In this document: piece after piece, positions 10,679 to 20,365 of the stretch
Layout of the letters: each line of letters starts with the position of its first letter
Position numbering within the stretch: position 1 is the first letter of the stretch
Assembly (NCBI GenBank): GCA_008690995.1
Contig: VRMN01000004.1
Coordinates: 248,001-312,000, forward strand
Reading direction: 5' to 3'
DNA from: Porphyridium purpureum
Lineage: Eukaryota
DNA: 64,000 nucleotides
Translations under genes and position numbers: made by a program
The notes under the pieces: model-generated
What the model was told of the DNA's origin: nothing
Database searches by the model: none
Seen by the model: only the letters and a program-made list of their open reading frames with translations

Positions 10679-13600
10679 CTAACACGACTCCGTGGCCGAA
10701 GGGGAAAGAAGGGATGACGAGAGGCCCCACGCGCGCGCATGGCCGCGGAATACATCGGCGCTCACCGGCTTCGTGAGCGGGTCAGCCATATTGCCCCGTG
10801 TGGGCACGTGGTCAAAGGTCACGAGTGCTTCACGGTAAAGCTCGTGAAGCCAAGCCAGACAAATTTTCTGGGTCTTGCTCGCATGGAGCAGTCCTGGACT
10901 GAATCCCTTCATCACCGCGCCAAGCGCGGTCTCATTATCGCAGCGGATGGTGGCGCGCGGCCATCCCCGGCCCACATCCTCCAGGAAAAGCGCGATGGGA
11001 AACAGCGCGTTCTGCACTGCGCCATGGAGCGCCACCAGCTCTGCTTCGGCTGTCGAGGTCGCAACGCGCCTCTGACGTCTACTGGACCACTCGACAAGGT
11101 GACGGGTATCACCGGACACCAAGAATAAAGCAGTACCACTGGTTGAGCGACCGGGATCCAAATCGGAATCCACATAAGAATGGATCATTATCTGAGCATT
11201 CTCCGCTTGCGGCACCGGATAGCGCAAGCGCACATCTGCGTGCTTGTACAAGTACGCGAGGACCTCGCTGAGTGCGCGTTCTGCATCAGCCGACCAGCGA
11301 TCTGTGTGACGCGCAATCATTGCCACTGCGTGTGCGACATCGGGGCGTGTGGTCCTGGCGAGCCACATGAGCTTGCCCAGGCATGAGCGCACCTCAGACG
11401 AGCAAGAATTTGCTTCTTCGCTCGTCTTGACTCGGGATGAAAGTGGTGTTGCCCTTGCGCGCCCACCTTTGTGGGCCGCAGTGATGTACCTGGCAAATTC
11501 GCAGCTATCAAAAATCCACGCGCCCTCCTCGCGGTACACATTCACGCCGAGGTAGCGGATTGGTTTTGCGCGCGTGCTTTCCGAGATGAGCTGCGCACTC
11601 TTAGTGATGTTGAACATTCTTACTAGCTCACGCATTGCCTCGCTCACCGAGTGTGTAGTGCCAAGGATGGCACCATCGTCCACGTAAAGGACGAGCAAAG
11701 TAAGCGCGCCATTTCGTCTGCGCCAGTAAATGTTCTTGTCCGAAGCCGACTCTTTCCAGTGTGCGGCACATAACTTTTCGCGAGCATAAGCCGAATAATC
11801 GAATCCCGCTCTGGGCAATCCGTAAAGTGCCATCGGTATTGGCACGACGGGGTTTGGAATCGAAGAAATTTTCCGCATATCAGCTCGCGGCAACACAGAA
11901 TCCAAGAACGGCATCAAGGATTTGAAGTACGCAAAGGTCGGACTTCCGAGTAATGGTGCGTGTACATAGGCAGCATCGATGTCAAAGAACATCGCATCTG
12001 CGGCCTCACCATGAGTATGAAGCGCAACCGACACCGCAGCACGAATGCTCGAAAGGCCCGGAGGCCGGTCAAACTGCGGCACTTCGGGCGGGGCGCGCCG
12101 GCCTGTTGCATCAGTGATGTGGCACCCTTGTGCCACAACGCGGCACTTCAGCACGCGATGCTCGGGAGGCATCTCACTGTTCTTAATAGCCATGATTGGC
12201 TTCATGTTCACAAAGCGTGCTTGCTTTGCGCGCGCAGCCTCGTGCTTGCTGACCACCTTATGAAACGGCAGAGCGCCGCTTCCTATAAGTGTTTGCATCT
12301 CCTTCTGAAACGCAATGCGGCCTGGCTTTGTGTGCGCGTGATCGGCAAATGGCACTATCTCGGCTACACCAAGTTCTACAACTTCACCGCTGCAGCTTGC
12401 GGTGCGCCCATGTTGAGCGCCAAGCCCTTCCTCCGTTGTCTCCTGCTGCGCCAGCTGCGCCACGCCTAACACCATCTGCATAGCGCGCGTGTTCCCGGTC
12501 TTGATGCCGCGCCGATGCTCTTTGAGACCCATGGCGCGCTCGCCGAGTAGGCCCATGGCTGCCGCATGAGATCGCAAACCCTTGCTTCCAATGCCGCGCA
12601 GTGACTCACCTCCGCTTTCACCAATCAAGGACCAATTAGGCCCGTGCTTTTCGTATCCTGCGCTGAGCGCGTTGTTCATATCTGCGCTCCAGACGCGGCG
12701 TTCCTTCTTCCTCTGCGGCGGCGAAACAAGAACAACCTCATTGTCTTCTTGCTGGGCTTCAGCACTTTTATCACCGGGCAGACTTGACTGAGTATGCCCC
12801 GATGATCGATTGCCCTCGGATTCGTGCATGCTATCCCGCTCCGGCATTACCCGAGCCATTACACCCTCTTCAGATGGGCGCTCTTTCTTGGGAAATTCGT
12901 TTGCTGATAAAGACCACTCTCCTACCCACCTCGCCGTTGTGGACCGGAGGTCGGCGTAGGGTGCGACAAGAAGGTTAAGGGGTGTTCGCGTTGTTGTTGG
13001 GGTTGGCATGCGTATGCCGATGACGAGCGCCAATGTGCCTGGCGGATCGTACTTTGTACGCTCGGGCGCCAAGACGTACACGCCGCGGCCGAACGGCGGA
13101 AGCTCACGGTTCCAAGCGAACCCGTAGCGAGCCTCATACGGCGTCTTGCCGTCAGCGCCCTCCCACTTGACGTTTCGGGCAGCTGCCCAGTACTGAGCCG
13201 CAAATGCGAACCACGGCGAATCGAGTCCAGCGGCGGCGAGTAATGCGCGAACGCCCGCGTTCAAGTCACGATGCATTCTTTCGTGGATGGCATGCGTATT
13301 GGGACGGTGTGGGAGCCCGACCTCGTGGGCTACCAGGTTACCTTTCAGGGCTGTCTCGAAAGCGCCTTGAAACTCTCCTCCATCATCGGTCTTGACAAGA
13401 CGCGGCCAGCCGCGTCCGCGCTGTATCTCAATCAGCGCCATCAACGTGCTCTCAGATGTTTTGTTCGCAAGCGGCGCGACTACCAACCAAGCGGTTGCCG
13501 CATCACGGTGGGTCATAAGCCAACGTGTTCCACATATGCCCGTCTCGGTTGGATCAACTAAGTCGACCGATACAACATCGTTAAATCCCTCGAATTGGGA

Positions 13601-14500
13601 ATTTTCCTTCTTACGCGGCGCGCGAAGTACTTTCAACTTCGCCGCCTGACAGGCATCACAACTTGCTTTGGCGGGCATGTGCAGCACTCCGTGCTCATCT
13701 TCTGGCACCTCTTCGTTAGCGCGTGGTGCGTGCGCCTTATGCCCGCTTGCGACGGCACACTCAAATGGTTTCTCCGGCTCATCTGCCGGTGCTTCAATTG
13801 CGGCAGCTGGCCCAGGAATGCTTTTCCCAGCAACTTGAATTTTCAATTCATGTGCATGTAGCCAGTCCAAGCCGAGAATTAACTCATGATGCCCTTGATG
13901 CACCCACGCATTTGTGCTCTCATCAGTCGCGCCGGGCGCGACGAGCAGGAATGAGGCTTTGCCATGAATTGGCTCACTGCGCCCATCGGCCAGTCGAATG
14001 CGTGGCCCGTTCGCTCCGCACTTCGTGTACGGCACTCGCAAGCGGCGACACAGAGCTTGCGAAATGAAGGTTGCGGTGGCGCCAGTATCAACAATGGCCT
14101 GAGCCTTGTGCCCGTTGACGAATACTGGCAGTCGAATTAGATCCGAAGCGCCGCTGACGGCGCTGGTTCCAATCTCGTACTCGGCCACACCCAGCTCTTG
14201 CGTGCAATCTGCGGCCCAGTGGCCGCGTCTTCCGCAATTGCGACAAGTATCAGCACCGAGATGATTGCCTATTAGCGGCCTACGGTTTCCCTTTGATTGT
14301 GCCTTCGGCACGTTCTTGCCTTTGTTGTTTCGTCGGCCATACCTCCGACGCGGCCCTTCAGCCGTCCCAAGATCCATCGGCGCGACGCCATCGTTGGAGA
14401 AGGCGGACGCGTGGACGCTCTGCCGATACACGGCATCAATTGCCAGTGCCGCTCGGAGTGCCTCATGGTAGTCGGCGGGCTGCTTCAACAGCACTTGCAC
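10679..14500 (-). CDS. Retrotransposon polyprotein: end of Gag, CCHC knuckle, protease, integrase, Myb-like domain, RT, RNase H
   Basis: CRNCGRRGHWAADC; IVDTGAT...ILGLDWL; HGVLH...CDAC; SVDLVD/KTDDGGEF/IHER; FDIDAAY, LYGLPRAG, YVDD; YVDSD, WSSRRQ, STAEAE, NMADPLTK. Confidence 0.93.
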   Translation of the reverse strand: MQVLLKQPADYHEALRAALAIDAVYRQSVHASAFSNDGVAPMDLGTAEGPRRRYGRRNNKGKNVPKAQSKGNRRPLIGNHLGADTCRNCGRRGHWAADCTQELGVAEYEIGTSAVSGASDLIRLPVFVNGHKAQAIVDTGATATFISQALCRRLRVPYTKCGANGPRIRLADGRSEPIHGKASFLLVAPGATDESTNAWVHQGHHELILGLDWLHAHELKIQVAGKSIPGPAAAIEAPADEPEKPFECAVASGHKAHAPRANEEVPEDEHGVLHMPAKASCDACQAAKLKVLRAPRKKENSQFEGFNDVVSVDLVDPTETGICGTRWLMTHRDAATAWLVVAPLANKTSESTLMALIEIQRGRGWPRLVKTDDGGEFQGAFETALKGNLVAHEVGLPHRPNTHAIHERMHRDLNAGVRALLAAAGLDSPWFAFAAQYWAAARNVKWEGADGKTPYEARYGFAWNRELPPFGRGVYVLAPERTKYDPPGTLALVIGIRMPTPTTTRTPLNLLVAPYADLRSTTARWVGEWSLSANEFPKKERPSEEGVMARVMPERDSMHESEGNRSSGHTQSSLPGDKSAEAQQEDNEVVLVSPPQRKKERRVWSADMNNALSAGYEKHGPNWSLIGESGGESLRGIGSKGLRSHAAAMGLLGERAMGLKEHRRGIKTGNTRAMQMVLGVAQLAQQETTEEGLGAQHGRTASCSGEVVELGVAEIVPFADHAHTKPGRIAFQKEMQTLIGSGALPFHKVVSKHEAARAKQARFVNMKPIMAIKNSEMPPEHRVLKCRVVAQGCHITDATGRRAPPEVPQFDRPPGLSSIRAAVSVALHTHGEAADAMFFDIDAAYVHAPLLGSPTFAYFKSLMPFLDSVLPRADMRKISSIPNPVVPIPMALYGLPRAGFDYSAYAREKLCAAHWKESASDKNIYWRRRNGALTLLVLYVDDGAILGTTHSVSEAMRELVRMFNITKSAQLISESTRAKPIRYLGVNVYREEGAWIFDSCEFARYITAAHKGGRARATPLSSRVKTSEEANSCSSEVRSCLGKLMWLARTTRPDVAHAVAMIARHTDRWSADAERALSEVLAYLYKHADVRLRYPVPQAENAQIMIHSYVDSDLDPGRSTSGTALFLVSGDTRHLVEWSSRRQRRVATSTAEAELVALHGAVQNALFPIALFLEDVGRGWPRATIRCDNETALGAVMKGFSPGLLHASKTQKICLAWLHELYREALVTFDHVPTRGNMADPLTKPVSADVFRGHARAWGLSSSLLSPSATESC

Positions 14501-15244
14501 TTAGATCTTTGCCTGCAAACCGCGCACGAAGCGATCGAGACGTTCCGAATCGCTGACGGACGGAAGGCGAAGTAGGCAATTACCGAAATCGTTTGCGTAC
14601 TCATGCACGCTTCGATTGCGCTGCACGCAGGCAGCGAGTCGGTCACGAGCGATCTGACTTGAAGCAATGGGTTCAAATTCCCTCTTAAAGACGCCAATGA
14701 AGCGGTCGAACCTGATCGGTTTCGGTTCCAGCACGGACCACCATAGCCTCGCGGCTCCGTGAAAGAAAGATGCGGCTACACGCACACATTTCAGCTCCGC
14801 GTCGTCATCCCATGTACGACCGGCAAGCTGGTATTCCTCTCTCAACTGTGAGAGGATGCGATCGTTCGCGGCGTCGCACCACGACGCGACCACAAGCGCG
14901 TCGCGTTCTCCGAGGAAAGCGGGCATGGGAGCGTGCTTGACTTGAGACGTCGCGTCAACGCGCGAGTATGCGTCATTGCGCACGCGGTGCAATTCAGCGG
15001 CGAGCGCTGCGCGCTCTTCCTGCACCTGTCCAATGAGTTCCTCGCGCATGCGCGAAAACTCTTGAGACATGGCCTGTCGCATGAGCTCAATATCGCTCTG
15101 CGCGGCGGCCATCGTCGGCTGATGATGCTGCTGTGCAGCTGCCTGCGCAGCCAGCTCGGCCTGCATGGCCTGCTGCTGCTGGCGAGCTAGCGCCGCGTTG
15201 CGCTCTTGCTCCAGCCGGGTGGGGGTCCTATGACCTGACTCCAT
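14501..15244 (-). CDS. Gag, N-terminal part; in frame with the downstream ORF across a single TAA
   Basis: Retrotransposon-gag pattern ARLWW...F.REFEP....ARDRL....Q..SV.EY...F...LLRLP.....RLDRFVRGL. Confidence 0.85.
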   Translation of the reverse strand: MESGHRTPTRLEQERNAALARQQQQAMQAELAAQAAAQQHHQPTMAAAQSDIELMRQAMSQEFSRMREELIGQVQEERAALAAELHRVRNDAYSRVDATSQVKHAPMPAFLGERDALVVASWCDAANDRILSQLREEYQLAGRTWDDDAELKCVRVAASFFHGAARLWWSVLEPKPIRFDRFIGVFKREFEPIASSQIARDRLAACVQRNRSVHEYANDFGNCLLRLPSVSDSERLDRFVRGLQAKI

Positions 15245-15509
15245 ATGGGAGTAACTTCTGCTCCGTGCCTACTACACGGGCCTACGTGCGATCGTTCCTT
15301 TGCAACGAGCCTCTCGTTCTAGTTGCACGCTACAAGCCTCTTGCTCGTACGTCTGTTTGTGCGCGCCGTGCCTTCTTGCACGCGTCACTCAACGATCACC
15401 GGTGCGGCGAGCTCCTCGCTCGAGCCGTCTTTGCGCAACTGTCGCGTTCGCGCTTCACGCCGTGCCCTTGCACGCGTTACTTTGTTGCAGCTGTGTTGTT
15501 AGCGACCTA

Positions 15510-15520
15510 GGCTCATAACC
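15510..15520 (-). other. Primer-binding site GGTTATGAGCC (internal initiator tRNA-Met fragment type, as in Ty5 and copia)
   Basis: Directly follows the 5' LTR on the minus strand; the same motif occurs at 50821 in the second element. Confidence 0.8.
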
Positions 15521-15868
15521 CAAGATTGGGTCATAGGAATGAACGTGGGGGACGAGGTCCAACACTGATAAGGGGAGACAGCAAACCGAAATCCACTGCT
15601 GAGAAGACAAGACCAAAAGGGTATCCACGAGAAACCTCCTTTAATCCGCGCCCTGATCTCCTCTGACTAAAAGCTAACAAAACACGTCTACGGCGAAGCG
15701 AAAGGGTGCTGGTTATATACCCGTGCGGCGCCATGGACGGCCGCCGTCGCCGCCCATATTGGTGCAGTGTGGGCACAGATTGAGGCTGCCGGCTGCTCAC
15801 TCATCTGCAGCAGTACGACGGAACTGAACGCCCGCTCGATACTGGAGTACAGCTTGACCCCATTCACG
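15521..15868 (-). repeat. 5' LTR (348 bp)
   Basis: Direct repeat of 10156-10503. Confidence 0.95.
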
Positions 15869-16163
15869 TATCCTGCCCTCAAGACATTATATCTGTATAT
15901 TCTACGCCCTACATACGTATTGTATAAATGTGTATTGTTTAGTCATATGTGTACCTTTTTATCATTGGTTCACGGTTTATATTTGTCAAGTATAAGCGTA
16001 CATACATGACTTCTGTATTTACATAAAGGGATATATATGCGTATGGTATATAGTACATGAAAACGTCTAGTATATTTATAGTATATTGATGAAATATATA
16101 CGGACCAACACGGCTTTTAGTGGATTGCTATACTATGACGTATGCACAGAGACTGCAATCGTG

Positions 16164-16715
16164 CGACAAGCACCGAAGAAAACAGACAGGAAGCAGGACA
16201 AACACAGCGAGCGAGAACACAGGCATACGACAAGCACCGAAGAAAACAGACAATACGCAGGACAAACACAGCGAGCGAGAACACAGGCATACGACAAGCA
16301 CCGAAGAAAACAGACAATACGCACGACAAACACAGCGAGCAATAACGCAGTCGTACAACAAGCACCGAAGAAAACAGACAATACGCACGACAAACACAGC
16401 GAGCGAGAACACAGGCATACACAAGCACCGAAGAAAACAGACAATACGCACGACAAACACAGCGAGCAATAACGCAGTCGTACAACAAGCACCGAAGAAA
16501 ACAGACAATACGCACGACAAACACAGCGAGCGAGAACACAGGCATACGACAAGCACCGAAGAAAACAGACAGGAAGCAGGACAAACACAGCGAGCAATAA
16601 CGCAGTCGTACAACAAGCACCGAAGAAAACAGACAATACGCACGACAAACACAGCGAGCGAGAACACAGGCATACGACAAGCACCGAAAGAAACAGACAA
16701 GAAGCACGACAAACA
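16164..16715. repeat. 64-bp tandem array (about 8.6 copies, two alternating 32-bp half-units)
   Basis: CAAGCACCGAAGAAAACAGAC recurs at 16167, 16231, 16295, 16359, 16422, 16486, 16550, 16614 and 16678 (last copy slightly variant). Confidence 0.95.
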
Positions 16716-16868
16716 TGGTACGTGAATAAAAAAATCAAAAGTCAGAGGGTTGTCCGTACGGAAATGCTCGAGCCAAGAGGACTGGTATGGCGTTCCGAAA
16801 CTGATGTGTACCAACGTACCAAACGCGTGACATGCACATTCAGAGATACTTCGAGGTACCTCTGTTCA

Positions 16869-18950
16869 TCAGTCGTCCAAAAGCCGCGCGTCGACAACAG
16901 TCGCAAGACCACTCTTGATGGTGGTTTCATTGTCGGGATCGAGCGAAAGTCGCGTACGCGAAGATAGGGATGAGTCGCTCATTTGTCCGTTCATCTCCTC
17001 CAGCGTTTTCATCAGGTCCATGTTCTTCTGTGCGGTACCGCGATCAAGCACCTGCAGCTTCATGCGAATTTGTTCAAGCTGCATGACGACTTTCTCGTGC
17101 CCGATCGGGATTTCGCACGTCGTATTTGCGAACGCAGACCATTCAATTGGGGTATCCCAAGGCCATTCAATGGTTCTCTGTGCGGGCATCGGTGTATCGT
17201 GTACACGAATGTATTCCTCTCCGTCGCATTCTACCTCTGCGCTTCGAGACCCGGTATCGGACTGCAACGCGCACGCTACAGTTCTTAGGATCTCCATGCA
17301 GATGATCTCGTAGCGCATCAAGCAACGGATTGCCTCACGTGACAAGCCGTACGGTGATGCCTCAGTGGCTGTGGTCGCGGCATATGCCTGCAATGGCGTT
17401 GGCGCGTGCGCTTGCAATCGTCCGTGGGTCGTACGGCTACGAGGCCAAAAAGGATTGCTTGGTTTCGAAACGCACAAAGCAAGAATTCCGTGTACAATGA
17501 CTTTTACAAGCTTCTTCCTCCACTTCATCACAATTTGGTCGTGTGACGAGAACAGGCTTCGCACCTTGTGGAGTTCGAATGCCTTCGCGATTGCCGGGTA
17601 CCCGAACACCTGCTTCACCATGTCCACGGCTCCACTCCTTCCGGTACCGGGATCAATCTGAAATGTGTGATGAAACATTTCATGCATTGCGCTCCTTGCG
17701 CGGCGTACCATGATCTGCAGAACAGCGCGCAAGGTGAACCGCAATTCCCGGAGTACTCCTTTCGCCTTGTCCAAATCGCTGTGCATGTCCATGAAGTTCT
17801 CTGAACTTGAGCACAACGAGGTACCTCCAGCTTTGAGCGCACACAGCAACTCGAACGTTTCGAGCGGAGGGACCACAGAGCTGCCGCTCTCGGAACCCGC
17901 GTCCCAAGTCTTGCGTGCATTCTCGAAGTAGTATGGACTGGTACCAGAGCAGAGGGGCAAGAGTCCGGTACGGAACAAATTGCGCGTTGACATGTCGCAC
18001 ACCGAACCACGTGACCGACGCAGTTGGCTCGGCCTTGGTTCCATCGCATCAACATTGCCGTGCGGCTCTGTTTCTGTTCGTGTGATATCCGCGTGTGCGC
18101 CTGATGTGTCGTGCGACGAGCCATCTTGCACATTCCTTGCACCACTCACAGCACTACGCCCAGCATTCGACAGCTCACCGTCAATATGCGGGGTACCCCT
18201 CCGCATTAGAGCGGATTGTAAGGTCTCCGACGCAAGCGGATCACCCGGTGCGTTACGAGCGCTTTGCGGTTCCTCTGTTGCGCGTGCGCGTTCATCCTGC
18301 GCTGCTGTATTTGTCCTCGCTGCGGTGTCCGCACTCTCGCAGCTGTCCAGCCTTGATACCAAACCCGTATTACTTTGCGGTACTGCTACTACGTCAACTG
18401 TCTGTCGACCACCCGCAAGTCGGTTTGATCGCGACGAGCTACTTGTATTCGAGTGCGCATCATCCACCTGTGCAAGTCCGGTACCAGGATGATCTTTCGC
18501 AGTCTGTGATCCCGTTCGCTGGGCAGTACTGCATGCCAGGGCAAGCATACGCTGCCGCGTGGCCTCATACGGCTCGCTCCTCTTCTCGATCGAGACAGAG
18601 GTACTCAAAGACCCGCCGACCTCGCCTCCGGACGTGCGTGCCCTTTTTTTCCGGCCCACCGTACCCGCATCAGCCTCCGCTGCCTTCGTGGAAGGTTTGC
18701 GCGTACGCGTTTTGGAGCCGGGCGTACCCGCGTGTTCCTGTTCCATCTGCCCGGACACCGACGCCTGCCTCCTACACCGCCCCTTTCGTCGACCAACGCG
18801 CAACACTTGTCGCTCGACTCTGCGTCGATCCTGGCCTTCGAGCCATGCGCGGCAGAGGCGTATGCCCGTCCAGGTCCCTAGATATGTAGGAAAACATTCC
18901 CTTTTGATACGAAAACATATACAATACACTCGGTTTCTTCTGTACAGCAT
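16869..18950 (-). CDS. Transposon cargo protein of unknown function (likely start 18746, MEQEH); disordered N-half, helical C-half
   Basis: 693-codon ORF inside the TIR-bounded element; NLS-like RKKRAR. Confidence 0.65.
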   Translation of the reverse strand: MLYRRNRVYCICFRIKRECFPTYLGTWTGIRLCRAWLEGQDRRRVERQVLRVGRRKGRCRRQASVSGQMEQEHAGTPGSKTRTRKPSTKAAEADAGTVGRKKRARTSGGEVGGSLSTSVSIEKRSEPYEATRQRMLALACSTAQRTGSQTAKDHPGTGLAQVDDAHSNTSSSSRSNRLAGGRQTVDVVAVPQSNTGLVSRLDSCESADTAARTNTAAQDERARATEEPQSARNAPGDPLASETLQSALMRRGTPHIDGELSNAGRSAVSGARNVQDGSSHDTSGAHADITRTETEPHGNVDAMEPRPSQLRRSRGSVCDMSTRNLFRTGLLPLCSGTSPYYFENARKTWDAGSESGSSVVPPLETFELLCALKAGGTSLCSSSENFMDMHSDLDKAKGVLRELRFTLRAVLQIMVRRARSAMHEMFHHTFQIDPGTGRSGAVDMVKQVFGYPAIAKAFELHKVRSLFSSHDQIVMKWRKKLVKVIVHGILALCVSKPSNPFWPRSRTTHGRLQAHAPTPLQAYAATTATEASPYGLSREAIRCLMRYEIICMEILRTVACALQSDTGSRSAEVECDGEEYIRVHDTPMPAQRTIEWPWDTPIEWSAFANTTCEIPIGHEKVVMQLEQIRMKLQVLDRGTAQKNMDLMKTLEEMNGQMSDSSLSSRTRLSLDPDNETTIKSGLATVVDARLLDD

Positions 18951-19217
18951 GTATCAAAACGCACTATGTTTCATATAAAGTACGCACAAAACCACACGTG
19001 AAACCAAAAAAGAGACTACGTTCCTGGGAAAAAAAGGCGCGCTCAAAGCAGAAACAGGAGTGTACCCTAGGGCCCCGGTGTCCAGTGCTTCAAAATATGT
19101 AAGCTTTACACGCACAACTTCGCGTGCGCGCGCGGAGTTGCCTGACTTTGTGTGTGCGCAGAGGTGACAGAGCTCTCGTGCGAGTCGATTGGGGAGCTGG
19201 AGTTGTTGGGTGCAAGA

Positions 19218-20261
19218 ATGGGCAGCGTTGAAGGAGCGAGAGGCGTGATCCATTCATTGCTGTACAGCGTCGTAGAGCGTCTGGATGACTGTGCCGCACG
19301 GCTCGACAGGATGCGTGCTACGGTTGGCCGGCATTTAGAGATGCTGGGCGACTCGGACGAGACAGATCACGTACGTGCAGATGAGGAAGCACTCGCTCAA
19401 CGTGAAGCACACTCACAGGTACCTGCAGAAGAAGAGTCTGAGAGAACGAGGAGCAACAGCCCTATGCGCAGGCGCAAGTTGCGAAAGGTCGGGGAAGCAG
19501 GTCGCATACGTGTCGATGACGGCGAGCGCATGAATCGCGTACGCGTTGAAGAAAGCGAACGTGCGAAGCGTGCAGAAAAGCGCACACGCGTCAAAGATGG
19601 AAACAGTACGAAGCGCGTACGCGATGATGGCAAAGACCAGTCTGTGAGGCGCGCACGCGATGAAGGAGATGCCCGTCGGCTCGATGCGCTTAGGAGTGCA
19701 ATCGAGGCTATAACCAGCGGTGACGCGAAGCACCTAAAGATGTACATCCCTTGCAGGACTCTGGACGTCGTGTGCAAAGCTGAACAGCAGATTTGGTGGC
19801 CTGCAAATGTGGTCGTGGACGAGCGTCAGATTCCTGCGTCTGTTAAACGATTGCGAGAGCAAATTCGCGCACGCGTAGGTGAAGAGGTTGCATTGGCTGC
19901 CGTACGGTACTATCCTGTCACCCGCAGAGAATGGGGCATTGTACGCGTCGTCCCGGAGAAGTTCATTCCTATTGAAGTTTTTAAGCAGAATGCCTTTGCT
20001 GTACAGCGATACCACATTTGGGACAGTATTCCTGCTGCGATGAGCGAAGCCTTCAGTGAAGCATTCCTGAGCACGTGCGAGGAAAGGGACGATGGATATG
20101 CTCTCGCACGAGACGTCATAAGCAGTGCGCGACTACCAGGGGCGTCTGAGGTGCGCCGCAACATTTCTGACCATGCGCATAGCCACGTGGATTTGGAACA
20201 TCGTGTACACGATCTTAATGCATATCATAGCCAGTTTTCTTCATCATCAAGTGAGCATTAA
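19218..20261 (+). CDS. Transposon cargo protein: coiled-coil/charged N-terminus plus PWWP-like domain
   Basis: DVVCKAEQQIWWPANVV...IPASV...AVRYYP....WGIV resembles the PWWP consensus (VWAK..G.PWWPA.V...V.FF...W). Confidence 0.65.
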   Translation: MGSVEGARGVIHSLLYSVVERLDDCAARLDRMRATVGRHLEMLGDSDETDHVRADEEALAQREAHSQVPAEEESERTRSNSPMRRRKLRKVGEAGRIRVDDGERMNRVRVEESERAKRAEKRTRVKDGNSTKRVRDDGKDQSVRRARDEGDARRLDALRSAIEAITSGDAKHLKMYIPCRTLDVVCKAEQQIWWPANVVVDERQIPASVKRLREQIRARVGEEVALAAVRYYPVTRREWGIVRVVPEKFIPIEVFKQNAFAVQRYHIWDSIPAAMSEAFSEAFLSTCEERDDGYALARDVISSARLPGASEVRRNISDHAHSHVDLEHRVHDLNAYHSQFSSSSSEH

Positions 20262-20365
20262 ACGGGTACCCGCGTGGGCACGTTATTGAGCCAAACATTT
20301 CATATCGCTCGGAAGTTTCAGTCATGCGCGCCGGATCTGTTGCGTCTGTGATCAGCGCGTGCGCG

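Larger units (their letters stand above)
10156..15868 (-). mobile_element. Full-length LTR retrotransposon, Copia order (Gag-PR-IN-RT-RH)
   Basis: Two 348-bp LTRs, TATCC TSD (10151-10155 and 15869-15873), PBS, PPT and polyprotein. Confidence 0.95.

Noticed and set aside
16164..16715. CRISPR array
   Set aside because: The intervening segments recur in only two variants rather than being unique spacers, there are no cas genes, and the context is eukaryotic.
16086..16814. Multiple overlapping ORFs across the tandem array
   Set aside because: Artefacts of a stop-poor repeat that is open in most frames.
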